Assembly: GCA_046538485.1 (NCBI GenBank)
Contig: JBKHIT010000022.1
Location: forward strand, 10,712-74,711
Length of the DNA stretch: 64,000 bases
From: Candidatus Brocadiia bacterium
GTDB taxonomy: Bacteria; Planctomycetota; Brocadiia; SM23-32
Direction of reading: 5' to 3'
In this document: in pieces, positions 10,401 through 19,965 of the stretch
How positions within the stretch are numbered: the first letter of the stretch is position 1
Layout: every line of letters begins with the position of its first letter
The notes under the pieces: generated by a model
The model's database searches: none
What the model was told of the DNA's origin: nothing
The model's input: only the letters and a program-made list of their open reading frames with translations
Program-made: the position numbers and the translations under genes

Positions 10401-11036
10401 GCCGCCCCCCTGTTCGATTCACTGATCGAACGTTGCCATAAAGAAAACATCCTCCGACCGGCGCTTGTCTACGGATACTACAGGTGTAACAGCGATGGCA
10501 ATGATTTGCTCATTTATGACCCACAAAAGGACGATAAGGTGCTGGAACATTTCCGATTCCCACGACAGACCGAACAGGGGCATCTGTGTCTTAGCGATTT
10601 CTTCCGACCGGCTGAATCGGGCGAAAAAGACATCGTCGCGATGACCTGTGTAACGGTCGGCCAGCACGTTGCCGATACCACCCGCGAACTATTTGCCAAA
10701 GATGAATACCAGGAGTATCTTTACCTTCATGGTCTGAGCGTGGAATCGGCCGAAGGCCTTGCTGAATACTGGCATAAACGGATTCGAGAAGAACTAAATA
10801 TCGCGGATAGGGACGCCGACGATCCGCAGAAACTGCTCAGGGGAAAGTACCGCGGCGCCCGCTACAGTTTCGGTTATCCGGCCTGCCCTGACCTTTCTGA
10901 CGAAGCGAAACTTTTCGGGCTCATGCAGCCCGAACGTATTGGCTGCACGCTAAACGAGAACTATCAAATTGAGCCGGAACAGTCCACGAGCGCCATCATT
11001 GCCCATCACCCGGATGCAAAATATTTTAAAGTGTAA
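7485..11036 (+). CDS. metH: Cobalamin-dependent methionine synthase
   Basis: DGAMGT, LGMNCATGP, GGCCGT (Zn/homocysteine), IGERCNASGS (pterin), DVHDIGKN (B12), RYSFGYPACP (activation domain). Confidence 0.97.
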   Translation: MSGKFINRIGQRLIIFDGAMGTNIQALDLNLEDDFWNKENCTEVLVLSRPDMVQQIHASFFEAGSDAGETNTFGGMKHVLAEFGLENRCRELNRKAVQIARKSADEYSTLEKPRFVVGAMGPGTKLISLGQINWDDLYDSYLEQARGLIDGHPDAILLETQQDVLCIKCALNAILDAMEEQGTQPALEPGDDGIPIMVQVTIEETGTMLTGTDIGTAAVALQNFPIISLGMNCATGPEGMAEHVRWLSDHWPRYISVLPNAGLPSLVEGETVYPLQPEDFAEKMTQFVADFGLDIVGGCCGTRPEHLRMLVNALEGQDVPPHEKKRMPIGCTSLFSTVAYRQESSLLNIGERCNASGSRHFKRLLEDDNWDEIVSLAREQVAQGSHVLDINVDYAGRDNASDMKTIIRMMSRQIDTPLMLDSTKPETIEAGLRCAAGKCLINSANLENGESDFGKMCQLARRYNAGLVLGTIDEDPEEAMARTEERKIEIARRMFKIATEKYGLAREDLIFDPLVLPVSTGMEKDKRSALETIKGTRRIAEEFPDSQITCGLSNVSFGLKPAARQVLNSAFLRELQKNGMTSAIVHVSKIIPRSKVDDELWNAALDVIYARQPEEPVGLADGSETFDPLQIFIDKFPDEGGEISVKQDISQLPLEERLQKHIIDGEKKNLHATLDEAMGEYAPLDIINNHLLAGMKIVGELFGSGQMQLPFVLQSAEVMKMAFAYLNPYMEKTEDSTKGTIVLATVKGDVHDIGKNLVDIILTNNGYKTVNLGIKQPIDDILQACEKHDANAIGMSGLLVKSVNVMEDNLKYLVQQGITVPVLVGGAALSQDYCESYLREIYAPGGGKIYYGKDAFEGLRLMDHIVGGRTDILEQEIASRLENKQRANTSRGTEEKETSDKTAPEFRAEPISESSKPGLVPEPPFLGSRVVQNVPLEDFVPYINRVALYSRQWQFKKKGLDRDEYEKLIRETAAPLFDSLIERCHKENILRPALVYGYYRCNSDGNDLLIYDPQKDDKVLEHFRFPRQTEQGHLCLSDFFRPAESGEKDIVAMTCVTVGQHVADTTRELFAKDEYQEYLYLHGLSVESAEGLAEYWHKRIREELNIADRDADDPQKLLRGKYRGARYSFGYPACPDLSDEAKLFGLMQPERIGCTLNENYQIEPEQSTSAIIAHHPDAKYFKV

Positions 11037-11055
11037 TCAGTGGCACGAGAAAATC

Positions 11056-11928
11056 TCACGATTCTTCGTTTAAGCCATAAGCATCGGGCTCCGGCGGGCG
11101 AGAAAGGCTGTGTGTCAGCAGCCATGCGCCCACCAAAACCACCGGAATCGTGAGCAGCTGGCCCTTGCTCATCCAGCCAAAATAAAGGATTCCATCCGCG
11201 GGTGCGCGCCAGAATTCATCGATAAAACGGGCCAGGGAATAGACACAAAGCACTACCCCGAGCGTTAGCCCGGGCCGTCGGTGGCGACGATGTACGATCA
11301 GTGCCACGGTCAACACCAGCACGCCTTCAAGCGCGGCCGCGTAGAGCTGGCTGGGGTGGCGCGGAACCATTTCCCCGTCCACCAGCGGCGCCCGGGGAAA
11401 GATGACCGCCCACGGAACTTTGGTCGGACGTCCCCACAGTTCCCCATTAATAAAATTCGCGATACGACCGGCAATCACTCCGATCGCTGCGACGGCCCCC
11501 ACAGCATCTACCAGAACCAGGGGTTTCCTCGCCCGGGATCGGGCAAACCATACACACGCCACAGCCAAACCAACCATCCCCCCATGGCTGGACATCCCAC
11601 CATGCCAGACTTTAAACACAAAAAGCGGATTGGTAAAAGTCATATGGGGAGCGTAGAAGAAACAGAAACCCAGCCGCCCGCCGATCATGATCCCCAGGAA
11701 AAGACTTATAGCAAAATCGGTCAGCTCGTTCTTCTTCAGAGGCAGGCGGTCGGCGCGGCGCCATCGGTCCAGCAGCCAGACACCCAGTATCAATCCCAGC
11801 AGGTAAGCCACACCGTACCACCGAACGCCAAATCGTCCAAAAATCCGCACGATGTATGGATCCAGATCATGAACCCACCAATCGAGAATCAGAGCTATGC
11901 AATTTCCTGAAAGCCCGGATTTTTGCAC
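11056..11928 (-). CDS. lgt: Prolipoprotein diacylglyceryl transferase
   Basis: VRWYG, GGRLG, GGMSSHGG, GRIANFINGELWGR, RHPSQLY. Confidence 0.95.
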   Translation of the reverse strand: MQKSGLSGNCIALILDWWVHDLDPYIVRIFGRFGVRWYGVAYLLGLILGVWLLDRWRRADRLPLKKNELTDFAISLFLGIMIGGRLGFCFFYAPHMTFTNPLFVFKVWHGGMSSHGGMVGLAVACVWFARSRARKPLVLVDAVGAVAAIGVIAGRIANFINGELWGRPTKVPWAVIFPRAPLVDGEMVPRHPSQLYAAALEGVLVLTVALIVHRRHRRPGLTLGVVLCVYSLARFIDEFWRAPADGILYFGWMSKGQLLTIPVVLVGAWLLTHSLSRPPEPDAYGLNEES

Positions 11929-11998
11929 GAAGATTTCACCGTTCGATTATACGTTGAGAACATGCGCCATTGAACCCGGGCGCGCCCCCCGGGGCAGG

Positions 11999-12826
11999 CT
12001 ATCTTTTCTTAATCGCCAACAGCAGGGCCGGCAGATGTTTGTCCAGATACTCGTTGGGATTGGAAGCCGGCGCCTTCTTCTTATCCAGCTCGTAGGTGAT
12101 CATTTTTAATCCCAGCTTCGGACCGACGTAACTTCCCATCGAGCCGGGATGGGCCGGCAGATCTTTGAAAGGCAAAGGGCTCACCGCCACCATCTCATGG
12201 GCCAGAAGCGTCGAAGCCTCCCCACCGTCAGGGTCTATGCAATTCAAAGGCGCATGAACGGATACGACGGTGGACGGCCCGTACTGCCCGATCACGCCGA
12301 CCAGAGCGAGTGTTTCTGGCTCACTGAGAGGTTCCTTGCCGTGGCGTCTAGACGCTTTGAAGTTGGGCGTCAGAAAATTGCGGTTCAGATCAATGCCGCG
12401 TGCGTTATGACGTGTGCCTGCCGCCAATCCATCGGGGTTAGCGCGGGGGATGAGCACAACCGTCTTCCCGGCACAATCCTCGCGGTGTTCTTTTAGATGC
12501 TCGCAAAGCCGGTCCACCAGCTGTGTGCTGGAGGGTTCACTCCCGTGAATCCCACCGAGAATCAGCACGCAACGGGAGTCCTTCGGGCCGGGAAAAACCG
12601 TCGCCTTGATAAGACGGTGCTGAACAGACAGACCCAGTTCCGCTTCGTGAATGGGACCGGGTTCTGAGACTTCCGTCGTAGCACTGAGGGGGACGTTTCC
12701 CATCTCACCAGGACTCTTTTCCGCCGTGTCATCACGAGACGGCGTGGAAGTGCATCCCGCGAAACATACGGCCAGAACGGCTCCAATAACGAGTAAGACG
12801 CTTCGATCAAACAGGATATTTTTCAT
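11999..12826 (-). CDS. M14 zinc carboxypeptidase / murein-peptide amidase (MpaA-like) lipoprotein
   Basis: Lipobox FAGC; GGIHGSE, NPDG, GIDLNRNF, SEPET, SVHAP, GSMGSY, ITYEL. Confidence 0.85.
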   Translation of the reverse strand: MKNILFDRSVLLVIGAVLAVCFAGCTSTPSRDDTAEKSPGEMGNVPLSATTEVSEPGPIHEAELGLSVQHRLIKATVFPGPKDSRCVLILGGIHGSEPSSTQLVDRLCEHLKEHREDCAGKTVVLIPRANPDGLAAGTRHNARGIDLNRNFLTPNFKASRRHGKEPLSEPETLALVGVIGQYGPSTVVSVHAPLNCIDPDGGEASTLLAHEMVAVSPLPFKDLPAHPGSMGSYVGPKLGLKMITYELDKKKAPASNPNEYLDKHLPALLLAIKKR

Positions 12827-13110
12827 CAGCGTATTTTTCTCCCTGAAGAATAATCGTTACATACAGGGATCCACAAAGAATGGCACCACGGGGCAAATCT
12901 AATCCATATTTTGCAGAGCAGATAGAACCAGGCGTTTCGTCATTGTGAGCCACAACTTCCGAGGAATTCTGCACGACCTTCTTGCAGCAAGTCAGCAGTA
13001 TATCCCTGCCAATGCTATTATATGCAGAACTTAAGGCCTTTTCCCAGCTGTAATTTGTGCCACGCCGCCGTCTATCTTAATTCCCCCCCGTGGATAGCCG
13101 GCAATACGAG

Positions 13111-13599
13111 TCATCCTTTGACCTTCTGACCGAATAACCGCCCAAACGTCCGGCTGAGAGGCGTCCGCACGTGCGCGGGCAGTTCAAAGTGCTCCTTTGA
13201 AAAGGTCAGGAAAATCCACCTGTGCTCCCAGAAATTCACCACCGCAAAAATGTCCCAGAGAGGCGGGATAACAACTGTCACCTCCTCGCCCACGCGTTGC
13301 AGTTCGTCATAAAAACGGTCCGGTTCATTTACATGTTCCATCGTATGGGAACACAATACCGTCTCGAACTCGCCGTCCTCGAAAGGCAGATTGTAAATAT
13401 CGTCCACTTTCACAAAATTGGGCATATCGACGTGCTTGATAATGTCCGCGTTGACACCCCCGCCATCCGTCTTTCCACAACAGATGTTCAGATCCCAGTC
13501 CTGCCGCCTCACTATCCGGCCTTTCAGAATCCGGTAGCTGAGAATATTAAGCAGCTCAAAAACCATTACCAATAAAGCTATCAGACCCAATATTTCCAA
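13111..13599 (-). CDS. Small class I SAM-methyltransferase-domain protein with an N-terminal membrane anchor
   Basis: Hydrophobic N-terminus; LNICCG, LPFEDGEFETVLCSHTMEHV. Confidence 0.75.
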   Translation of the reverse strand: MEILGLIALLVMVFELLNILSYRILKGRIVRRQDWDLNICCGKTDGGGVNADIIKHVDMPNFVKVDDIYNLPFEDGEFETVLCSHTMEHVNEPDRFYDELQRVGEEVTVVIPPLWDIFAVVNFWEHRWIFLTFSKEHFELPAHVRTPLSRTFGRLFGQKVKG

Positions 13600-13782
13600 T
13601 TGAACTCCTTCCCGCCTCTCTTCAGAAACCTCGGCATGCTCGACACCTTTTTCCCTTCAACTTCTCCCCACATCCTACTGCTCAGAGCCCGCGCACGCAA
13701 AAAATGCCAGGGCTTCAACTCTCAACTATCTCTGGGCCCGAAAAGTGGGCGGTCAGTCTTCGGCGTACGAACACGTCAGGGA

Positions 13783-14691
13783 TTAGAATCCGAACCACAA
13801 TCTCTGGTACTCTTCCGAACTGGTATTTGCCTGCCACCTGATCGGTGCCGTTCCAGGATTGTCAACGACCTGGTGACTGTCCAAACGCCAGTTTTCCGCA
13901 TGCCCATCGAAAAACAGAATATTGATAGACTCTCGCCCGCCGTGCCGCGCATGGGGATAAGGGGGTAATTTGCCTCCCGCCGGATCCCCGCACCAGCTGA
14001 GAGTTGACTCGTCCCATCCGGAAGCCCAATTGTATTCAGCGACATAGTTGGCCGTCCACTCCGGTGCGTTGCTATCTGCCACAAAAAGTGCATCAGCGGG
14101 GTGTTTAATCAAAGCTGGATTGACCGGATTTGCGTAACACTCCGGCCAGGGGTGTGATGGCTCAGGATCTGTCCCGTCAGGCAAAGTATCCCACTGGCCC
14201 ATATTCAGCCCGCCCGAACCTCTACCATGCAGGTACAGGTTGATCCCATATTCCATCGCGTTGTGCGAATACTGTCCGCAATACTTATTGGCCGGTGTTG
14301 AAACAAAACCTGTGGCGTCGTGGGAAATACAATCGAAAATTCCCGGGGTCACATACCCGGGATCAACCATAAAATCCGCCCAGCACTTGGGAAAATCGCT
14401 CGCCGATGTGCCGACCGTTCGCATATCATAAGCATATTCCAGGAAACTACTTCCAGCGCCCATGTCGTAGTGGCGGGCCGGCATAATCAGCCCCATGTTG
14501 TCATTCTTATACATCTCATTCGCCAGCCCCATCTGTTTCTCATTTGAGAGACAAGCAGCCATTCTGGCGGCTTCGCGTGCTGATTCCAAAGCCGGCATCA
14601 GCATCGCCGCCAGAACGGCAATGATCGCGATGACAACCAAAAGCTCGATCAGAGTGAACCCAGGCCCTGTATGCCTTTTTCCTTCTTCCAT
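13783..14691 (-). CDS. Prepilin-type N-terminal cleavage/methylation protein with a C-terminal H-X9-DG-type motif
   Basis: [33 protein letters not shown]...CLSN and [17 protein letters not shown]. Start moved to ATG 14691 (GGGAGG upstream). Confidence 0.9.
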   Translation of the reverse strand: MEEGKRHTGPGFTLIELLVVIAIIAVLAAMLMPALESAREAARMAACLSNEKQMGLANEMYKNDNMGLIMPARHYDMGAGSSFLEYAYDMRTVGTSASDFPKCWADFMVDPGYVTPGIFDCISHDATGFVSTPANKYCGQYSHNAMEYGINLYLHGRGSGGLNMGQWDTLPDGTDPEPSHPWPECYANPVNPALIKHPADALFVADSNAPEWTANYVAEYNWASGWDESTLSWCGDPAGGKLPPYPHARHGGRESINILFFDGHAENWRLDSHQVVDNPGTAPIRWQANTSSEEYQRLWFGF

Positions 14692-14996
14692 ATTAAACCC
14701 TCCCGCAAAATCTCGATTTCTTCTCTGATATATTCTCATTAGACCATATTGACAACATTTTACAGACCAGATACAGAACACCAAATCAATGCATATATTC
14801 TACCCTGCGGGATAAGCTTATCAAAGAATTCTCTCTGAGTACGAACCGTTTGGCACACCAGGGGTTTCCCCGTCGGCACATGGATCACAGGAGAATACTA
14901 TTGGCCTGAACGTCTTCCAATTTGTGAACAAAACCTTATAATAATTATCGCCTTACATTCAGAAACTGTCCGGGCTAAATACCGAAACCGTTACGT

Positions 14997-15057
14997 TTGA
15001 CAACCACCCCTCGTGTGCTACCATAATGCAATTCGTAATACTACTGGATTGTAATAC
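14997..15057 (+). promoter_or_regulatory. Promoter with a NikR-like operator upstream of the FmdE/ABC operon
   Basis: TTGACA at 14997 and a -10-like TACCAT/CATAAT at 15019-15027, overlapped by the imperfect inverted repeat GTGCTAC-N13-GTAATAC (15015-15041). A second GTAATAC sits at 15051. Confidence 0.5.
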
Positions 15058-15113
15058 CTCAGCTTCTGTTTAGAGCAGCAAGGTTGTGGCATCGTTCGCC
15101 GTGCAGCGGAACG

Positions 15114-15172
15114 CCTCGCAATGACGTTTTAAGAGTCTTCCGTGTCATTAAGAGCAAAGCGAAGCAATCTCG
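15114..15172. repeat. Remnant of a short palindromic (REP/MITE-like) repeat
   Basis: CTCGCAATGAC...GTCATTAAGAGCAAAGCGAAGCAATCTC resembles the widespread GTCATTGCGAG...GAAGCAATC intergenic repeats (recognised from memory). Confidence 0.35.
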
Positions 15173-15448
15173 TCGTTACGCCATAATCGGCAAATTCAAT
15201 TTTTATACTGCACTCCACCTATTTTCCAACGGTTCGACACCCCGTTGAACAGGAGAATGACTTTTGTCCCCCGAAACCGACGCCCAGCCACATTCCGAGC
15301 ATCCAAGAGCGCGTGATGGAAACACGGGCCCGCCTGCAAAAAGGACAACCGACCTGCCTCTCATGCTGCGAAGCAAAACACTATCTGGTCGATGGTTCCG
15401 GAATTCACATTTCGGATCTGTAATTTTCAAACAGCGAAGGAAATGTAA

Positions 15449-16534
15449 ATGAAATACCTGAAAAAAGCGCTAATTCTGGCGTTCGTGCTGGTTCTGTGCT
15501 CTTGCAATGTCCCCTCCAGGTCCGGAAGCCCCACAAAAAACGACCCGCTGCTGTCGCCCTGGCAAAACAACGCGGCGATGGCCCTTTCCCGGGCCATGAC
15601 GGATCTCAATGCCCGCCGCGGAGACTCTGATCTGCTGACCATCACCAATGCCGGGTACGCCTGCCTGGACGGGGAAAGCACGCTTTCCCTCGCCGATATC
15701 GTGCGCAATGAGACAGGATGCACGGTCGGACAACGCTCGCTGCTGTTCGTTCACGCCCCAGAATCCGCTCCGCTGTGGTTCGCCCTCTACCGTCGTGATA
15801 CGCACGAGGCAGTATTTTCAAAATGGGCAGACGGCAAGTTTCAGCACCAGGCATTGGGCCTCAATCCAGACCACATTCTCACTCCGGATGGATGGGAAAC
15901 GGCCGGCGAAGGCGTTGTTTCCGGCAACCTCTTCCAGGTCGTCTCTTTCTGTCTGGTATGGTCTGCTGAACCGCGGACTGGGCTGCTGAAAAGCGCCGAA
16001 CTCCACAATCACATCTGTCCGGGCGTCAATGCCGGATACGCGCTGGCACAATACATTAAAAAACGGCTCCCCCTGCGCGATGGCGAAAAATATGTCCTTG
16101 TCAGCGCCCCGCCAGCCTGCCCCGTTGATGGTTTGCAAACCGCCCTCGACTGCACGGCCGGGAAAAAAGCGATGTTCACCATGAAGACCAGCCACAAAGT
16201 TCTGGGACAACATGAATACAAGAAACTCAAGCCGTCTGTCATTGTCCTTCGTATTAATTCCGCCGCCGATAGCTGCGAAGGCTCTGTCCTGGCGTTTGAT
16301 TTCGAGAAGGCCTGCAACGATCTCGGCGTCAGTCGCTCCAATCTCTCCCCGCCGGGGGGCCACGACAATCCTCTTTTCTACATCTCCCGGATCCGCATCG
16401 CGCGGAAGATGGCAGGCATGAAGACGGAACAAAAGATGGGATGGATCAAGGTGCTGAAGACGTTTTCCGGCAAAGCCGAGTTAGCCGATAAGCTGGCCGG
16501 TGCATCGTTCGATCCGTATGCGGATCTACCGTGA
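15449..16534 (+). CDS. FmdE-family metal-binding lipoprotein
   Basis: Signal peptide with lipobox (LVLCSC), ELHNHICPGVNAGY, CPVDGLQ...CTAGK. Confidence 0.85.
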   Translation: MKYLKKALILAFVLVLCSCNVPSRSGSPTKNDPLLSPWQNNAAMALSRAMTDLNARRGDSDLLTITNAGYACLDGESTLSLADIVRNETGCTVGQRSLLFVHAPESAPLWFALYRRDTHEAVFSKWADGKFQHQALGLNPDHILTPDGWETAGEGVVSGNLFQVVSFCLVWSAEPRTGLLKSAELHNHICPGVNAGYALAQYIKKRLPLRDGEKYVLVSAPPACPVDGLQTALDCTAGKKAMFTMKTSHKVLGQHEYKKLKPSVIVLRINSAADSCEGSVLAFDFEKACNDLGVSRSNLSPPGGHDNPLFYISRIRIARKMAGMKTEQKMGWIKVLKTFSGKAELADKLAGASFDPYADLP

Positions 16535-18177
16535 ATAAATCGAAAGTGCCATTTCAAATGCCCTCAAAAAATGCTCGCCCCCTGCTGAAAATCGTCCTCG
16601 GCCTCTTTGTGGCAGCCGGTCTTCTGAGCGCCTCCCTGTCCTGCCAACGCAACGGGAATGGAACCAACGGGCAGGAATCGACCACAACATACACGATTGC
16701 GGACGCAACGGGTGATTGGGGCTATCCAACCCCCTACGGGATGTATCCGCGCGGCCCGGGATACATCCGCATGAGTTTCATTTTCGACACGCTTATCTGG
16801 AAGAATAAGGACGGCGAACTCACGGGCGCGTTGGCGGAAAAATGGAGCTATGACGAAAAACAAAAAACCTACACTTTCTCCCTGCGAAAAGATCTCAAAT
16901 GGCACGACGGCCATCCTCTGACGGCGCGGGATGTCGTTTTTACGTTCCAGTACATGCAGAATCATCCGTGGCCATGGATGAAATCGGGTCTTATCCGCGA
17001 TGTCAGGACAACGGACGATTCCACCGTTGAGATTGTGCTCACAAATCCGTACGCGCCTTTCCCCACCAACATTGCCGGGACCGTTCCGATTCTGCCCGAA
17101 CACATCTGGAAAACCGTTGAAGATCCGAAAAAATTCCGCGGCGAAAAAGCGGTCATCGGAAGCGGGCCATACCGTCTGTCAGACTACAGTCCGTCGCACG
17201 GCACTTATCTGTATCTGGCGTGGGACGATTATTACCTGGGAAAACCGAAGTTCGACCGCATCCAATTTGTAAAATACAGTGAGGAAATCACTCCGACCGC
17301 ACTGAGAACGGGGAAAGTCGACGCGGGCGGCGTACCGCCTGAAACCGTGAACGACCTCAAAAAAGACGGCGTCACCGTGGCGAGTCAACCGCCGGTCTGG
17401 GCAGCAAAATTGATGTTCAATCGCAAAAAGGCCCCCTTCTCCCACGCAAAATTCCGCCGTGCGGTTGCGTACGCCATCGATCGGAAGAGATTGACCAAAA
17501 TCGTGCGCCGGGGACACGGCATCCCCGGCAGCCCTGGTCTGCTCCCTCCCAGCAACGAATTCTGGCACAATCCCGACACTCCCAAATACGAATACGATCC
17601 GCCGCAGGCCCAGAAATTGTTACGGCAACTGGGTTATGAACGCGGCGAGAACCAATTTTTCCGGAAAGATGGAAACGTTCTTCAGGTAGAACTCCTCGTC
17701 GCGCCCGGCCGCCAGGAATTCGGCCGAACCGCCGAAGTCATGAAACGTCAACTGGAATCCGTGGGAATCCGGGTTGAAATACGGGGTATGGAAGCGAAAA
17801 CGCTCGATGCTATGCTGAAACAATGGCATTTCGAAATTGCCCTGAGCGGCCACGGCGGACTCGGAGGCGATCCCGAAATACTCAATAAAATGACCCTCGG
17901 AACGAGTTTCAACAGCGCCCGATACCGGCAGAATAAACGGCTTGTGGAAAAACTGCAAGAACAACTCCGTCAGGTCGATCGCACAAAACGACAGAAACTG
18001 GTCTATGACATTCAAAAGCTTTACGCCCGCGATTTGCCCGCCCTCACCCTCTATCACCCGACCTGGTACTGGGCGCACAATGAAAAAACGAACATCGCAT
18101 ATACGCCCGGCGGGCTGGCTGCTGGGATCCCAATTCCCCTCAATAAAATATTTTTTGTCTCAGACCGGGAAAAATGA
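16531..18177 (+). CDS. ABC transporter substrate-binding protein, nickel/peptide family 5
   Basis: GDWGYPTPY...RGPGY, FDTL, LAEKW, KWHDGHPLTARDVVFT, GSGPY. Confidence 0.92.
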   Translation: MNKSKVPFQMPSKNARPLLKIVLGLFVAAGLLSASLSCQRNGNGTNGQESTTTYTIADATGDWGYPTPYGMYPRGPGYIRMSFIFDTLIWKNKDGELTGALAEKWSYDEKQKTYTFSLRKDLKWHDGHPLTARDVVFTFQYMQNHPWPWMKSGLIRDVRTTDDSTVEIVLTNPYAPFPTNIAGTVPILPEHIWKTVEDPKKFRGEKAVIGSGPYRLSDYSPSHGTYLYLAWDDYYLGKPKFDRIQFVKYSEEITPTALRTGKVDAGGVPPETVNDLKKDGVTVASQPPVWAAKLMFNRKKAPFSHAKFRRAVAYAIDRKRLTKIVRRGHGIPGSPGLLPPSNEFWHNPDTPKYEYDPPQAQKLLRQLGYERGENQFFRKDGNVLQVELLVAPGRQEFGRTAEVMKRQLESVGIRVEIRGMEAKTLDAMLKQWHFEIALSGHGGLGGDPEILNKMTLGTSFNSARYRQNKRLVEKLQEQLRQVDRTKRQKLVYDIQKLYARDLPALTLYHPTWYWAHNEKTNIAYTPGGLAAGIPIPLNKIFFVSDREK

Positions 18178-19142
18178 AAACCCATCTGGTCAATTATGCC
18201 ATCGCCTTTGCGATCATCCTGTGCCTTAATTTCGCTCTGCCCCGTTTGATGCCCGGCGACCCCCTCACGGCCATATACGGGGAAGAAGCGATGCTGCAGA
18301 TGGATCCCGAGATGGAAGAGCAGCTCGCCGACCAATACGGACTCAATGATCCCCCCTGGAACCAATTCACCACTTACCTGAACCGGCTTGTGCACGGCGA
18401 TCTGGGCTACTCCTTCTATTTCAAAGCGCCCGTGACATCGGTCATTCTTTCCTTTCTTCCCTGGACGATCCTGCTTGTGGGAGTGGCGTTTTTAATTTCC
18501 TGGGGGATTGGTATCGTGGCGGGGATTGAATCGGGCTGGCGGCACGGGAGCAATCTCGATCGGGGGCTACTGGTTTCGATCATGTCCCTGTCCGGGTTCC
18601 CGAGTTTTTTTGTCGCGGTCATTCTGTTGCTTGTTTTCGGTGCTTTGCTGCAGATCCTCCCTTTGCAGGGAGCCCATACGCCTTATGCCGGTCTCAGCGG
18701 GTTAAATCTCCTGTGGGACGTGCTCAAGCATCTCATTCTCCCCCTGACCTCACTGATTCTGGTCTACGTGCCCGGCATGTTCCTGCTCACGCGGAATTCT
18801 TTGATAAGTACCATTGGCGAACCATTCGTGCTGACCGCCCGCGCGAAAGGACTGGCGGATCGCAGGGTGCGCTATCATCACGCCGCCCGAAACGCACTCC
18901 TTCCCGTGATCACCGCCAGCGGTATTATGATCGCCACCCGTCTTATCACCGGCGCTTTGTTCATCGAAATCGTCTTTTCGTATCCGGGGATGGGCAACCT
19001 CATTCGCCAATCGCTTGTGAACCGCGACTATCCGGTCCTGCAGGGAGCGGTTCTGATGACGGCCGTCCTGGTTCTGGGGATAAATTTGCTCGTGGACCTG
19101 CTCTATTCGAAACTCGACCCGAGGGTAAGCCGTGCACATTAA
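18174..19142 (+). CDS. ABC transporter permease (DppB/NikB-like)
   Basis: PRLMPGDP, GDLGYS, TARAKGL, RNALLP, IEIVFSYPGMG, RDYP, LDPRV. Confidence 0.93.
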   Translation: MKTHLVNYAIAFAIILCLNFALPRLMPGDPLTAIYGEEAMLQMDPEMEEQLADQYGLNDPPWNQFTTYLNRLVHGDLGYSFYFKAPVTSVILSFLPWTILLVGVAFLISWGIGIVAGIESGWRHGSNLDRGLLVSIMSLSGFPSFFVAVILLLVFGALLQILPLQGAHTPYAGLSGLNLLWDVLKHLILPLTSLILVYVPGMFLLTRNSLISTIGEPFVLTARAKGLADRRVRYHHAARNALLPVITASGIMIATRLITGALFIEIVFSYPGMGNLIRQSLVNRDYPVLQGAVLMTAVLVLGINLLVDLLYSKLDPRVSRAH

Positions 19143-19965
19143 ATACGCCCAATCCGTCGTGCGGAGTGGTATGGGAAAAGCGGGTTCCTACCTGCTGATC
19201 CTGATCGCGCTGATCGGGATCGTGGGCCCTCTGCTGACTCCCGACCCCACCGTAGAGAGTATTAACGTGCTGGAAGCCCCCTCAGCCGAACATTTGCTCG
19301 GAACGAACGAAGTGGGACAGGATGTCGCCGCCCGCCTTGCGGCCGGAGCCCGCACGTCCATCTTGGTCGCCATCGGCGTCGGGGTATTTTCGACCTTCTT
19401 GAGCGCACTTTTCGGCATCTCAGCGGCGCTCGCGGGAGGTATTTACGAGCAAACGACCATGCGATTCGTCGATGCCTTACTGGTCATCCCTTCGCTCATA
19501 CTTCTGATTCTGCTCTCCGCTTTCCTTCAACCCGCCCTGTGGGGCATGATCTTGCTTATCTCATTTCTGCTGTGGCCCGGAGGAGCGCGCGTGCTGAGAT
19601 CCCAAACGCTGTCTCTGAAAGAAAGACCCCACGTCCTGGCGTCGCGGACATTCGGCGCGGGACACGTCCATATCGCTGTGTGCCACATCGTTCCCGACCT
19701 CAGTCCCCTGCTGGTGGCCTCTTTTATCCACAGGGCCCGCAGGGCTATCTTCCTCGAAGCCGGGTTGGCTTTCATCGGCATCACCGATCCGGCCACCATA
19801 AGCTGGGGGACCATGATTCGTAATGCGCTGGGATTTTACTATACCCCGTCCTGGAGCTGGTGGTTGCTGCCGCCCGGCATCTGCCTCTCAGTCCTCATCC
19901 TCGCTTTCCTGTTCCTCGGACACAGCCTCGAAACTTTGCTGGAGCCCCGGCTCAAACATGCTTGA
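19132..19965 (+). CDS. ABC transporter permease (DppC/NikC-like)
   Basis: APSAEHLLGT, GARTS, ARVLRSQ, EAGLAFIG, SWGTMI. Confidence 0.93.
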   Translation: MHIKYAQSVVRSGMGKAGSYLLILIALIGIVGPLLTPDPTVESINVLEAPSAEHLLGTNEVGQDVAARLAAGARTSILVAIGVGVFSTFLSALFGISAALAGGIYEQTTMRFVDALLVIPSLILLILLSAFLQPALWGMILLISFLLWPGGARVLRSQTLSLKERPHVLASRTFGAGHVHIAVCHIVPDLSPLLVASFIHRARRAIFLEAGLAFIGITDPATISWGTMIRNALGFYYTPSWSWWLLPPGICLSVLILAFLFLGHSLETLLEPRLKHA